Origin: Cetorhinus maximus
Lineage: Eukaryota
Assembly (NCBI RefSeq): GCF_964194155.1
Contig: NC_135901.1
Coordinates: forward strand, 25,544,001 to 25,608,000
Direction of reading: 5' to 3'
Length of the DNA: 64,000 bases
Shown here: positions 1-10,322 of the stretch, one piece after another
Layout of the letters: the number at the start of each line of letters is the position of its first letter
Numbering within the stretch: the stretch's first letter is position 1
Made by a program: the position numbers and the translations under genes
Notes under the pieces: generated by a model
What the model saw: the letters and a program-made list of their open reading frames with translations, nothing else
What the model was told of the DNA's origin: nothing
Databases searched by the model: none

Positions 1-360
1 GTGTGGGTATCCTCATGTGTCTCCAGGTTGGATGATCAGTTGAAACCCTCTTTGCAAAGAATACGTGTATGGTTTCTACTCACTGTCAATGGTGTGAAGA
101 TTTTTTAGGCTGTGTAACTGGTTATAGCTCTTTCTGCAGTCAATACACTGGAACACACACACTCTGGTTGGTGTGTCTCACTGCTTTTCCAGTCACACAG
201 ATGTTTGAAATCTTTTCCCACAGAAAGAATAGACAAACATTTCTCCTTCCACATTCAAAGGCCGGTGTGATTTAGGTCCTTATGAATGGTGTGACTTTTA
301 AATCTTGGATCTGAAGATTGATTTGAGTTTCCTGTCTGTAAATATTCCACTTCTAATATC
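1..360 (-). other. 5' (leader) part of a C2H2-ZNF terminal exon (unit A); the finger array lies beyond the window start
   Basis: The minus strand has the cluster acceptor ttttacag|GATATTAGAAG at 361/360. It is followed by the same degenerate-finger leader seen at 4866-5210, 42233-42558 and 60736-61086. Confidence 0.75.
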
Positions 361-779
361 CTGTAAAATGTGATTACAAAAGTCATCACTGTCAGTGCAG
401 GTTAGAAATTCAGAACATGCAATTCTAGTTTCGATGGAACATTTTTTCCTCTCTTGTTCCTCCAAAGCTGTAAATCCCCGTCCCACACACTCTCCCTCCT
501 CCCTGGGCTGAAATCCAAACCCATCTCACCATCTCCACCATTTCTTTCCTCCACTCCCAGTTTTCTCCCTCCCCCTCCTCTGCCTGGGTTCAGTTCTCCA
601 GCTCCTGTCTGCAGACTGACAATAAAATCAATGAGTCTTATTGGGGGTTTGGGGCCTCCAGCGGGTGTTTCTGAATCCTCCCCGTCCACCTCCCAGGGTT
701 TCCTTCCTTCCCACAGATCAGATTCCTCATTGATTTGAGCCCAAAGTGTAACCTCTTATTTATTGTCCCCCCCTCCCCC

Positions 780-1340
780 ATCCTCTGATGTGAACCATCC
801 TCCACTCGCTGACCCAGGATGGCGGCCGTTAACCTGGGCCTGTTCCCGGGAGGGAGAAGCCCCGCAGCTGCAAACCAGGAGCTGACAATTATTCCTCAGG
901 GTTTGCGGATCCACAAAGTGTTTCCAAATCCTCCCCTTCCAGCCGCCGGCTCCATCGCTCCCTCCCCCCGGGCCTGTCACCGCGGGGTAAACACGGGGCC
1001 TGGGGCCTACCCCAGAAGTTGATCCAGTTCCCAGTCCAGCCGCGGTTTCCATTCCTACCCTGTGCTCACAATCTCCTCCCACCTCCCGAACCGTCCGCTC
1101 CTCCTCACTCTGTCACCATGACTGACACTGAGCATGCTCAGAGCGCACACCCACACTGCACCTGCGCACTGGGAGCCGGGCTCACCGGCCGTCGCCATCT
1201 TGGGAGAGGAAAGCGAGTCTGTTCAGGGAGCCGGGCGTATGGGCGGCCACCTTAGTGAGGGAGAAATGTGAGGGCGGGGCTTCCTCCCCGGCGACGGGCC
1301 CGGGTTACCCGGGCAACCGGCCGCCGCCATCTTATGCTGA
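780..1340. promoter_or_regulatory. CpG-island promoter, probably for unit A and possibly bidirectional
   Basis: CpG-rich. YY1-like CGCCATCTT at 1193-1201 and GCCGCCATCTT at 1323-1333, a GC box GGGCGGGG near 1272, and an RFX X-box-like GTTACCCGGGCAAC at 1304-1317. Confidence 0.65.
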
Positions 1341-1481
1341 GGGTTTTCCATCCGGGTCTTTAGTGAAGGAATGGACAATGAGCTGGAGTCAGTTTGAAAA
1401 CTGTTCAGAGGAAGGTCTGAAATCAGATTTACATCCAGATACCTGTAAGGACAATAAAGTTTACATCAATTATGTGTTTAA

Positions 1482-1645
1482 AATGAAATCAGAATGCTGG
1501 AAATACTCAGTTCTGAAGAAGAATCATATTGGATTGGAAATGTTAAATCAGTTTCTCTCTCTTCACAGAAGCTGCCAAACCTGCTGAGGATTTCCAGAAC
1601 TTTCTGTTTTTATTTCAGATTTCCAGCATCCACTGTATTTTACTA
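1482..1645 (+). mobile_element. Penelope-terminal short repeat with a degenerate hammerhead core, partly inverted
   Basis: AGTT-CTGAAGA-AGAATCATATTGGATTG-GAAA-TGTTAAAT from 1509, followed by the family tail. A short opposite-orientation piece lies at 1482-1510. Confidence 0.7.
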
Positions 1646-1914
1646 AAATTATTATGTTTCTTTGAAATTTTGTTGCACAACTTAATTACGAGCATAATAA
1701 TTGTTACCATTTAAATGTACAAATCAGTGATATTTATCTGTGTAACTTGGTTGTTCAGGAACAATGTCAGAAATCACTTCACAGAAAATATAGTGGAAAT
1801 TTGGAATTCTGCTGAAATTTCGTCAGTTGGAAATTTTAAAAATACTGAGATTACTGGACATTTCTGAAGCAAGGGTATCAAGGCAAATAAATTGATTTAA
1901 CATGGAAATCAAGG

Positions 1915-3814
1915 ATCTACATACTGGAGCTCAATGTCTGAGGTTGGACTGATTCTGGTTTTGTTTCAAAGGTGGTGTAGGTTTCCCGTCTGTTCTGTAG
2001 ATTATCTCCACGCCCATGGGTAATTTTCTCGAGGTGAGATGCAGGAACGATGGAGAAGAGGGTTGGTGTAATGACACAGCCTTGTCTGATCACAGTCTTC
2101 ACTGAGATAGGGTCTGTGGTGATTTCGTTGATGATGATCATGGCTTTCACGTCATCGTGGAGTAGGCGGAGGATGGTGACAAATTTCTGTGGGCAGGCAA
2201 ATTTGAGGCAGATACTGCATAAAACTTCATGTTTGACCGTGTAAAGGGCTTTTGTAAGGTTGAAAAAGGCCAAGCACAGAGGTTGGTGCTGTTCCTTGGA
2301 TTTTTCTTGGGTTTGCCGCACAGTGAAGATCGTGTCTGTGGTGCCTCTCGATGAGGAAAACCGCACTGTGAGTCTGGAAGGAGCTCTTTGGCCACTAAGA
2401 GAAGGTGATTGAGGAGGACCATTGCAATGATTTTCCCTGTGCAGGCAGCAGGAAAACTCCTCTGTAATTACCACATTCGGACTTGCCTCCCCTCTTGAAT
2501 AGAGTCACAATCAGAGTGTCCCAGAGATCCTCCAGCATGCATCCCATCCCAATGAGGAATGTGAGGTTGTGCAGCTGGGCCAGGAGTGTAACACCGCCGT
2601 GTTTCAGAATTTCAGCATGGATTCCATCTGCGCCAGAGGCCGTGTTGTCTTTCAGCTGTTGAATGGGTTTATCACTCTTGCTCCCGACCGTGGTAGCATC
2701 GAGATTGAGCCGGGCAGGGTATTGAGGAATGGAGATGAGGATATTCAAGTGGAAGACAGAGTCTCGGTTGAGGAGTTCTTCAAAATGTTCTGTCCAGTGA
2801 TCCCTGTCCTTGATGAGCTCCCCTCCATCTTGGCTCACAGTGGTTTGGGCCGCAGAGTGCTCGAGTCATAGATTGTCTTGACAGCGCTGAAGAAACCATG
2901 CATGTTGTTGATGTCTGTGAGTTGTTGGATCTCCCATACACTTTATACCCACCGTTTGTTATTTATCTTGTTTACCACATATTTCCCCACCCCCCACCCC
3001 ATTGATAAAGAGCAACAGTGAAATCCTGGAAAATATGGACCATTTTCTTTATCTTGGGAGCTCCCTCTCGCTGAAGGCTGACATAGACAACAAAATTCAT
3101 CATCGCCTCCAATGTGCCAGTTCAGCCTTCAGCAGAATGATGAACAGACTATTTGAGGACCAGAATGTCAAACCCAAAACTCAGGTCCTGGTTTACCGGG
3201 CAGCAATGATCCCCGTGCTCCTAAAGGCTTCAGAGACTTGGTCAACCTAGAGCAGGCGCCTCAAAGCACTGGGGAAATACCACCAGCGGTGCATTTGCAA
3301 GATCCTCCAAATCCAGTAGCAACAAGGTTGTCCAACAGCAGCATCTTCTCCCAAGCCAACTCGCCCAGCATTGAGGGGCTGATCACTCAAAACCAGCTCT
3401 GCTGGGCGGGACATGTCGTTCGTATGTCTGACACCGAATCAACTGCACTACTTGGAACTCAGTCACAGACACTCAGGAGGTCAGTGGAAACACTGCAGAG
3501 ATCTCCTCAAAGCACCCCCTGAAGAGATCAGTTGTCCCCACCAACTTATGGAAGACCCTGGATTGTCACCAGTCGAAATGGAGAACGGTCATTCAGGAAG
3601 GCACATGACCGAGACTTGGTCAGGAACACGCAGAGGTGAAGTCGAGATGTCTCAGGGGGCGCACAAACCTCCAAACAACCCATCTACCCAACCCTTCAAC
3701 CCCGCATATGACAGAGTCTACAGATCACACATTGGATTTATCATCCACCTCAGAACCCATCAAACCAGAGTGGAAACATGTCATCCTTGATCCAGAGGAA
3801 CTGCCAAAGGAAGA
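1915..3814. mobile_element. RTE-clade LINE with an inverted 5' segment (1915-~2965 on -, ~2990-3814 on +)
   Basis: Minus-strand RT motifs RGTTDTIFTVRQ, QGCVITPTLFSI and IELQYVD. Plus-strand continuation DHFLYLGSSLS...ASSAFSRM, C-terminal GFIIHLRTH and a purine-rich tail. Confidence 0.85.
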
Positions 3815-3909
3815 GGGAATCAGGGCAGATCAGAGAGGGAGGCTCCCTTTCCGGTGACAGGCCCAGGTTACGCAGACCACCAGTGCCATTTGAGCGCGGA
3901 AGGTGGGCC

Positions 3910-4545
3910 TTTTTTTTTATATTCATTTACTGGATGTGGGCTTCGCTGGCTGCGCCAGCATTTATTGCCCATCCCTAGTTGCCCTTGAAAAGGTGGTGGT
4001 GAGCTGCCTTCTTGAACCGCTGCAGCCCATGTGGTGTAGGTACACCCACAGTGCTGTTAGGGAGGGAGTTCCAGGATTTTGACCCAGCGACAGTGAAGGA
4101 ACGGCGATATATTTCCAAGTCAGGTTGATTAGTTACTTGGAGGAGAACCCCCAGGTGGTGGTGTTCCCATGTGTCTGCTGCCCTTGTTCTTCTAGGTCGT
4201 AGTGGTCATGGGTTTGGAAGGTGTTGTCTAAGGAGCCTTGGTGAATTCCTGCAGTGCATCTTGTAGATGGTACATACTGCTGCTACTGTGCATCAGTGGT
4301 GGAGGGAGTGAATGTTTGTGGATGTGGTGCCAATCAAATGGGCTGCCTTTCTCTGAATGGTGTCAAGCTTCTTGAGTATTGTGGGGAGCTCATCCAGGCA
4401 AGTGGGGAGTGTTCCATCACCCTCCTAACTTGTGCCTTGTAGATGGTGGACAGGCTTTGGGGAGTCAGGAGGTGAGTTACTCATGGCATGACTCCTAGCC
4501 TCTGACCTGCTCTTGTAGCTACAGTATTTATTTGGCTAGCCCAGA
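3910..4545 (-). mobile_element. 3' fragment of CR1-group LINE family 2
   Basis: Reverse complement of about 9240-9870, including the tail ...GGGCAATAAATGCTGG...TGAATA(n). Confidence 0.85.
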
Positions 4546-4865
4546 CAGCAGGGTGCATGTGTGGCCATCTTGGTGGGCGGGCAGGGGATTGGTCATCGGG
4601 TGGGTAGGGCTTCAGGGTCCCAGTGACCAGGAGAGAACATGATTGACTCATCAATTTTATTCTCAGTCTGCACCTGGGAGCTGAAGAACTGAACCCAGCC
4701 ACAGGAGAGGGAGGGAGAAAGCTGGGAGTGGAGGACAGAACTTTAACTGAAATCTGCACAGGAGAGAGCTGGGAATTTACAACTTTTAGGGAAAGCATAG
4801 AAAATTGTCTGTTCTGAATTTCTATCCTGGACTGATGTGATGACTTTTGTTAACTCTTTTTGCAG
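4546..4865 (+). promoter_or_regulatory. Paralogous first-exon/intron segment and branch-point/acceptor cassette of unit B
   Basis: 4605-4740 matches 16525-16615, 47790-47880 and the reverse complement of 530-650. The cassette ttctatcctggactga...tttttgcAG ends at 4865. Confidence 0.6.
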
Positions 4866-5212
4866 GATGTTGTTAGCTGAAGATTGGCAGACAGAAAAAA
4901 AAAATCATCACGTCAAGATCTAACAGAGTCACTTGATTCACCTGGACCTGAATATTATCGGCCTTTGAATGTGCACAGAGAAAAGCTTGCCTATTCTGCC
5001 TGTGGGAAAAAATGTCAAACATCAGTGTGACTGGAAAAGCACCGAGACACACATCCGAGTGAGAGTGTTCCAGTGAACTGACTGTGGAAAAAGTTTTAAC
5101 CAGTTACACACCCTGAAAATACATTGCACCATTCACAGTGAGGAGAGACTGTACACGTGTTCTGTGTGTGCACAAGGCTTCAACAGATTGTCCAACCTGG
5201 AAAGACAAAGAC

Positions 5213-5989
5213 ATGAACACCGTGGAGAAACCGTGGAAATGTGGGGACTGTGGGAAGGGATTCAATTATCCATCCCGTCTGGAATACCATCGACGCAGCC
5301 ACATTGGGGTTGGCGCCACAGAGAGACCATGGAAATGTCAGGATTGTGGGAAGGGATTCAATTACCCGTCTGAATTAGATATTCATCGACGCATTCATAC
5401 TGGGGAGAAGCCTTTCACGTGTTCAGAGTGTGGGAAGGGATTCACTAGTTCTTCCAATCTACTGAAACACCAGCGAGTTCACACTGGGGAGAGGCCATTC
5501 ACCTGCTCCGAGTGTGGGAAGGGGTTCTCTGATATATCCACTCTGCTGAAACACCAGCGAGTTCACACTGATGAGAAACCTTTTAAATGTCCAGATTGTG
5601 AAAAATGGTATAAAAGTTCCAGGGCACTGATGCGCCATCAGCAAGTTCACACTGACGAGAGACCGTTCAGGTGCTCTCACTGTGGGGCTGGGTTCAGGCG
5701 ATCACCTCAACTCACTGCACACCAACGAGTTCACACTGGAGAGAGACCGTTCATCTGCTCCGAGTGTGGGAAGGGATTCACTCATTCATCCAACCTCCTG
5801 AGACACCGGCAAGTTCACACTGACTTGAGCAGATTTAAATGTTCTGATTGCGAGGAGATCTTTAAAAGCAGCATTGATCTTCTGAGACACCAGTGCACTC
5901 ACACTGGAGTGGGGCCGTTCATCTGCTCCACGTGGGGGAAGGATTCTCTCAGGCATTCACCCTGCTGCAACACCAGCGAGCTCACATAG
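5213..5989 (+). CDS. C2H2 zinc-finger protein (unit B): 8 intact fingers, then a frameshift in finger 9
   Basis: ORF 5138..5989 has 8 CxxC-x12-HxxxH repeats with TGERPF-type linkers. The first in-frame ATG is at 5213 ([10 protein letters not shown]). Two further partial fingers lie in another frame up to about 6040. Confidence 0.75.
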   Translation: MNTVEKPWKCGDCGKGFNYPSRLEYHRRSHIGVGATERPWKCQDCGKGFNYPSELDIHRRIHTGEKPFTCSECGKGFTSSSNLLKHQRVHTGERPFTCSECGKGFSDISTLLKHQRVHTDEKPFKCPDCEKWYKSSRALMRHQQVHTDERPFRCSHCGAGFRRSPQLTAHQRVHTGERPFICSECGKGFTHSSNLLRHRQVHTDLSRFKCSDCEEIFKSSIDLLRHQCTHTGVGPFICSTWGKDSLRHSPCCNTSELT

Positions 5990-6374
5990 GGGAGAGACCA
6001 TTCACCTGCTTCGAGTGTGGGAAAAGATTCACTGATTCATTCCGCCTGTTTCCCTGGTTCAGAGCTCCTAGACACGGAACAGAAGGCGTCTTTACAACTG
6101 TGTTTAGAGTCATGAAGAACAACGGTGAATGCTGGAAAAGTGCTGTCAAATCAGAGATTGGTGTAAAACTGTGATCTGTTCCTGACTGAAAGTGAAACGG
6201 CAGGTTTAAGTTTCCAGTCTGAAAATGACCGTGGTAATTACATGAACATAAGAATTAAGAGTTGGCCATTCACCCCCTCGAGGCTCCAATGATAGGGCCC
6301 TTAAATCTGGTTCCTAGAACAAAAGCACCTGGAACAATGGAATGTCGCAGTCTGAATCCATCAGGACAGCTCAT

Positions 6375-7008
6375 GGATCTGGGGGATAATATTCACTGTT
6401 TTACATTCAGGTCTGGGGGATAATGCTCACTGTTTTGTATTCGGGTCCGGGAGATAATGTTCACTGTTTTATATTCGAGTCTGGAGGATAATGTTCACTG
6501 TTTTACATTTGGTTCTGGGGGATAATGCTCACAGTTTTATATTCGGGTCTGGGGATAATGTTCACTGTTTTGTATTCGGGTCCGGGGGATAATGTTCACT
6601 GTTTTATATTCGAGTCTGGGGGATAATGTTCACTGTTTTACATTCGAGTCTGGAGGATAATGTTCACTGTTTTATATTCGAGTCTGGAGGTTAACGTTCA
6701 CTGTTTTATATTCGGGTCTGGGGGATAATGTTCACCGTTTTATATTCAGGTTGGGGGATAATGTTCACTGTTTTATATTCGGGTCTGGGGATAATGTTCA
6801 CTGTTTTATACTCGGGTCTGGGGGATAATGTTCACTATCTTATATTCGAGTCTGGAGGATAATGTTCACTGTTTTATATTCGGGTCCGGGGGATAATGTT
6901 CACTGTTTTATATTCGAGTCTGGAGGATAATGTTCAATGTTTTATATTCAGTTCTTGGGGATAATGTTCACTGTTTTATATTCAGGTCTTGTTCACTGTT
7001 TTATATTG
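6375..7008 (+). repeat. 33-34 bp minisatellite, about 18-19 units
   Basis: The unit GGGTCTGGGGGATAATGTTCACTGTTTTATATTC is repeated head to tail with point variants. One isolated unit lies at about 7372-7407. Confidence 0.95.
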
Positions 7009-7406
7009 AGCTTTGGAGATTATTAGATGGGGTTGATTCTGACTCTCGGTGAATGCTGGACTGTCACAGCCGCCATTAAAGGCCCTCATGTTAGGTCAGT
7101 GACTGAGTTTTCTCTGGGCTGGAGAATCAGGGTGGGGGTAAAGTTCCTCAGGGACAGTGATGGGTTGGAATGGTGACAAAATAAACCCAAACTCCACCAG
7201 GTAATGTGATCACTATGAAACTGTCACAAACGACTGCAGCACGTGTTGGAAAACTTTGGAGAATATTTTATCTGAATCTTTGATCAATTTTGTTTGATTA
7301 AATATTATAACTGACGAGTTGGATTGCTGGTTATTTTCTAAAGGCAGCTCAGGACCATCAGTCTATATTGGGGTCTGTGGGGGATAATGTTCACTGTTTT
7401 ATATTC

Positions 7407-7690
7407 GGGGTGGCATAGTGATATTGTTGCTGGACTAGTAATGCAGAGACCCAGGATAATACTCTGGGGACTACGGCAGATGGCAGAATTGGAATTTCAA
7501 TAAAAATCTGGAACTAAAAGTCTAATGGTGACCATGAAACCATTGTTTATTGTTGTAAAAATCCATCTGGTTCACTAATGTCCTTTAGGGAAGTAAATCT
7601 GTCGCCCTTTCCTGGACTGGCCTAAACGTGACTCTAGATCCACAGCAATGTGGTTGACTATTAAATGGTCGAGCAAGCCATTCAGTTGTA
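7407..7690 (+). mobile_element. tRNA-derived SINE (SacSINE1/DeuSINE-like)
   Basis: A-box-like TGGCATAGTG head and core ...CATCTGGTTCACTAATGTCCTTTAGGGAAG...GTGACTCTAGATCCACAGCAATGTGG, shared with other copies in the window. The family name is from memory, not from a search. Confidence 0.7.
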
Positions 7691-7694
7691 TCAG

Positions 7695-9872
7695 ACTGCA
7701 TGGTGTTGTGTGGCAAAAGCACCGTGCTAAATGGGATAGATTTCAAACAGATCCAGCAACTCAAGACTGGGCATCCATGAGGCGCTGTGGGCCATCAGCA
7801 GCAGCAGAATTGTACTCGAACACAATCCGTAACCTCATGGCCCGGCATATCCCCCACTCTACCATTACCATCAAGCAATGGGAATCTACCCTGGTTCAAT
7901 GAAGAGTGCAGGAGGGCGTGCCAGGAGCAGCACCAGTTATACCTTAAAATGAGGTGTCAGCCTGGTGAAGCTATAACAGAGGACTGCTTGCGTGTCAAAT
8001 AGCATAAGCAGCAAGTAATAGAGCTAAGCGATCCCACAACCAATGGATCAGATCTAAGCTCTGCAGTCCTGCCACATCCAGTCGTGAATGATGGTGGACA
8101 ATTAAACAACTCACCTGGAGAGGAGGCTCCACAAATATCCCCATCCTCAATGCTGGAGGGGCCCAGAACATAAGTGCAAAAGATAAGGCTGAAGCATTTT
8201 CAGCCAGAAGTGCCGAGTGGATGATCCATCTCGGCCTCCTCTGGAGGTCCGCAGCACCACAGATGCCAGTCTTCAGCCGATTCAATTCACTCCACGTGAT
8301 GTTAGGAAATGGCTGAAGGCACTGGATACTGCAAAGGCTATGGGCCCTGACAATAGTCTGGCAGTAGGACAAAAGACTTGTGCTCCAGAACTTGCCGCGC
8401 CCCTAGCCAAGCTGTTCCAGTACAGCTACAACACTGGCATCTACCCGGCTATGTGGAACATTTCCCAGGTTCGTCCTGTGCACACAAAGCAGGACAAATC
8501 CAATCCAGCCAATTACCGCCCCATCAGTCCACTCTCAATCATCAGTAAAGTGATGGAAGGGGTCATCAACAATGCTATCAAGCGGCACTTTTTTAGCAAT
8601 AACCTGCTCACTGACGCCCAGTTTGGCTTCCACCAGGGGCTCCCAGTCCCTGAACTCATTACAGCCTTGGTTCAAACATGGACAAAAGAGTTGAACTTCC
8701 GAGGTGAGGTGAGAGTGACTGCCCTTGACATCAAGGCCGCACTTGACCGAGTGTGGTATCAAGGAGCCCAAGCAAAACTGGAGTCAAGAGGAATCGGGGA
8801 AAACTCTCTGCTGGTTGGAGTCATACCTAGCAGAAAGGAAGGTGCTTGTGGTTGTTGGAGGTCAATCATCTCAGTTCAAGGACATCTCTGCAGGAGTTCC
8901 TCAGGGTAGTGTCCTAGGCCCAACCATCTTCAGCTGCTTCATCAATGACCTTTCTTCCATCATAAGGTCAGAAGTGGGGATGTTCGCTGACAATTGCATA
9001 ATGTTCAGCACCATTCACGACTTCTCAGATACTGAAGCAGTCCATGTCCAAATGCAGCAAAACCTGGACAATATCCGGGCTTGGGCAGACAAGTGGCAAA
9101 TAACGTTCGCACAACACAAGTGCCGGGCTCCAAGAAAAGAGAATCTAACCATCGCCGCTTGACATTCAATGGCATTACCATCACTGAATTCCCCACTGTC
9201 AACACCCTGTGGGGTTACCATTGATCAGAAACTGAACTGGACTAGTCATATAAATACTGTGGCTGCAAGAGCAGGTCAGAGGCTATGAATCTTGCGACAA
9301 GTAACTCACCTCCTGACTCCCCAGAGCCTGTCCACCATCTACATGGCACAAGTCAGGAGTGTGATAGAATATTCTCCACTTGCCTGGATGAGTGTAGCTC
9401 CAACAACACTCAAGAAGCTTGACACCATCCAGGACAAAGCAGTCCGCTTGATTGGCACCACATCCACAAACATTCACTCCCTCCACTACCGATGCACAGT
9501 AGCAGCAGTGTGTACCATCTACAAGATGCACTGCAGGAATTCACCAAGGCTCCTCAGACAGCACCTTCCAAACCTATGACCACTATGCTCTAGAAAGACA
9601 AGGGCAACAGATAGATGGAAATACCACCACCTGGAAGTTCCCCCCCCCAAGTCACTCACCATCCTGACTTGGAAATATATCACCGTTTCTTCACTGTTGC
9701 TGGGTCATAATCCTGGAACTCCCTTCCAAACAACACCGTGGCTGTACCTGCACCATATGGGCTGCAGTGATTCAAGAAGGCAGCTCACCACCACGTTCTC
9801 AAGGGCAATTAGGGATGGGCAATAAATGCTGGCCTATCAGTGATGCCCGCATCCCATGAATGAATAAAAAAA
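7695..9872 (+). mobile_element. 5'-truncated CR1-group LINE family 2 (frameshifted RT)
   Basis: ORFs 8217..8909, 8725..9162 and 9292..9579 give NYRPISPLSIISKVME, QFGF, GVPQGSVLGPTIFSCFINDL and MFADN. The tail ends TGAATGAATAAAAAAA. Confidence 0.9.
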
Positions 9873-10322
9873 ATGTCGGGCCCGGCAATTTCCAATGTGA
9901 AATTGTCAAAAGGATGTAGATTCCATGTGAGATCGGGTTGTTAAACGGACACTGTCTGTGCAACGTAACAGGATATTGTTTCAGAAACAAGTATTTCTGT
10001 AGATGCTTTTGGTGAGAAAGCGGGGAGGGTTGGGTAGAACAAACGAGAAGGCCAGTGATAGGTTAGAGGGCTGGAGAGATTAAATAACAAAGATGTCATG
10101 GAACAAAAGGCAATGGGAGTGGTAATGGTTGTATTAAAGGAACAAAGCACTGTAAGTTTTACTGTCAGAATACAGGACAAAAGACTGGTTCTGTTTTGAA
10201 GAAGAGTCATATTGGACTCGAAACATTAACTCTGTTTCTCGCTCCACAGAGGCTGCCTGACCTGCTGAGTTTTTCCACACTTTCTGTTTTTAGTTCAATG
10301 AACCATTAATATCTCCTCAGCA

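Noticed and set aside
378-395. CTGA...TGATGA in the intron cassette as snoRNA C/D boxes
   Set aside because: The order and spacing fit a CTGAC branch point about 30 nt before the AG. TGATGA is not conserved among copies and no terminal stem is seen.
6375-7008. CRISPR-like array of about 34-bp repeats
   Set aside because: The units are contiguous with no unique spacers, there are no cas genes, and the context is eukaryotic.
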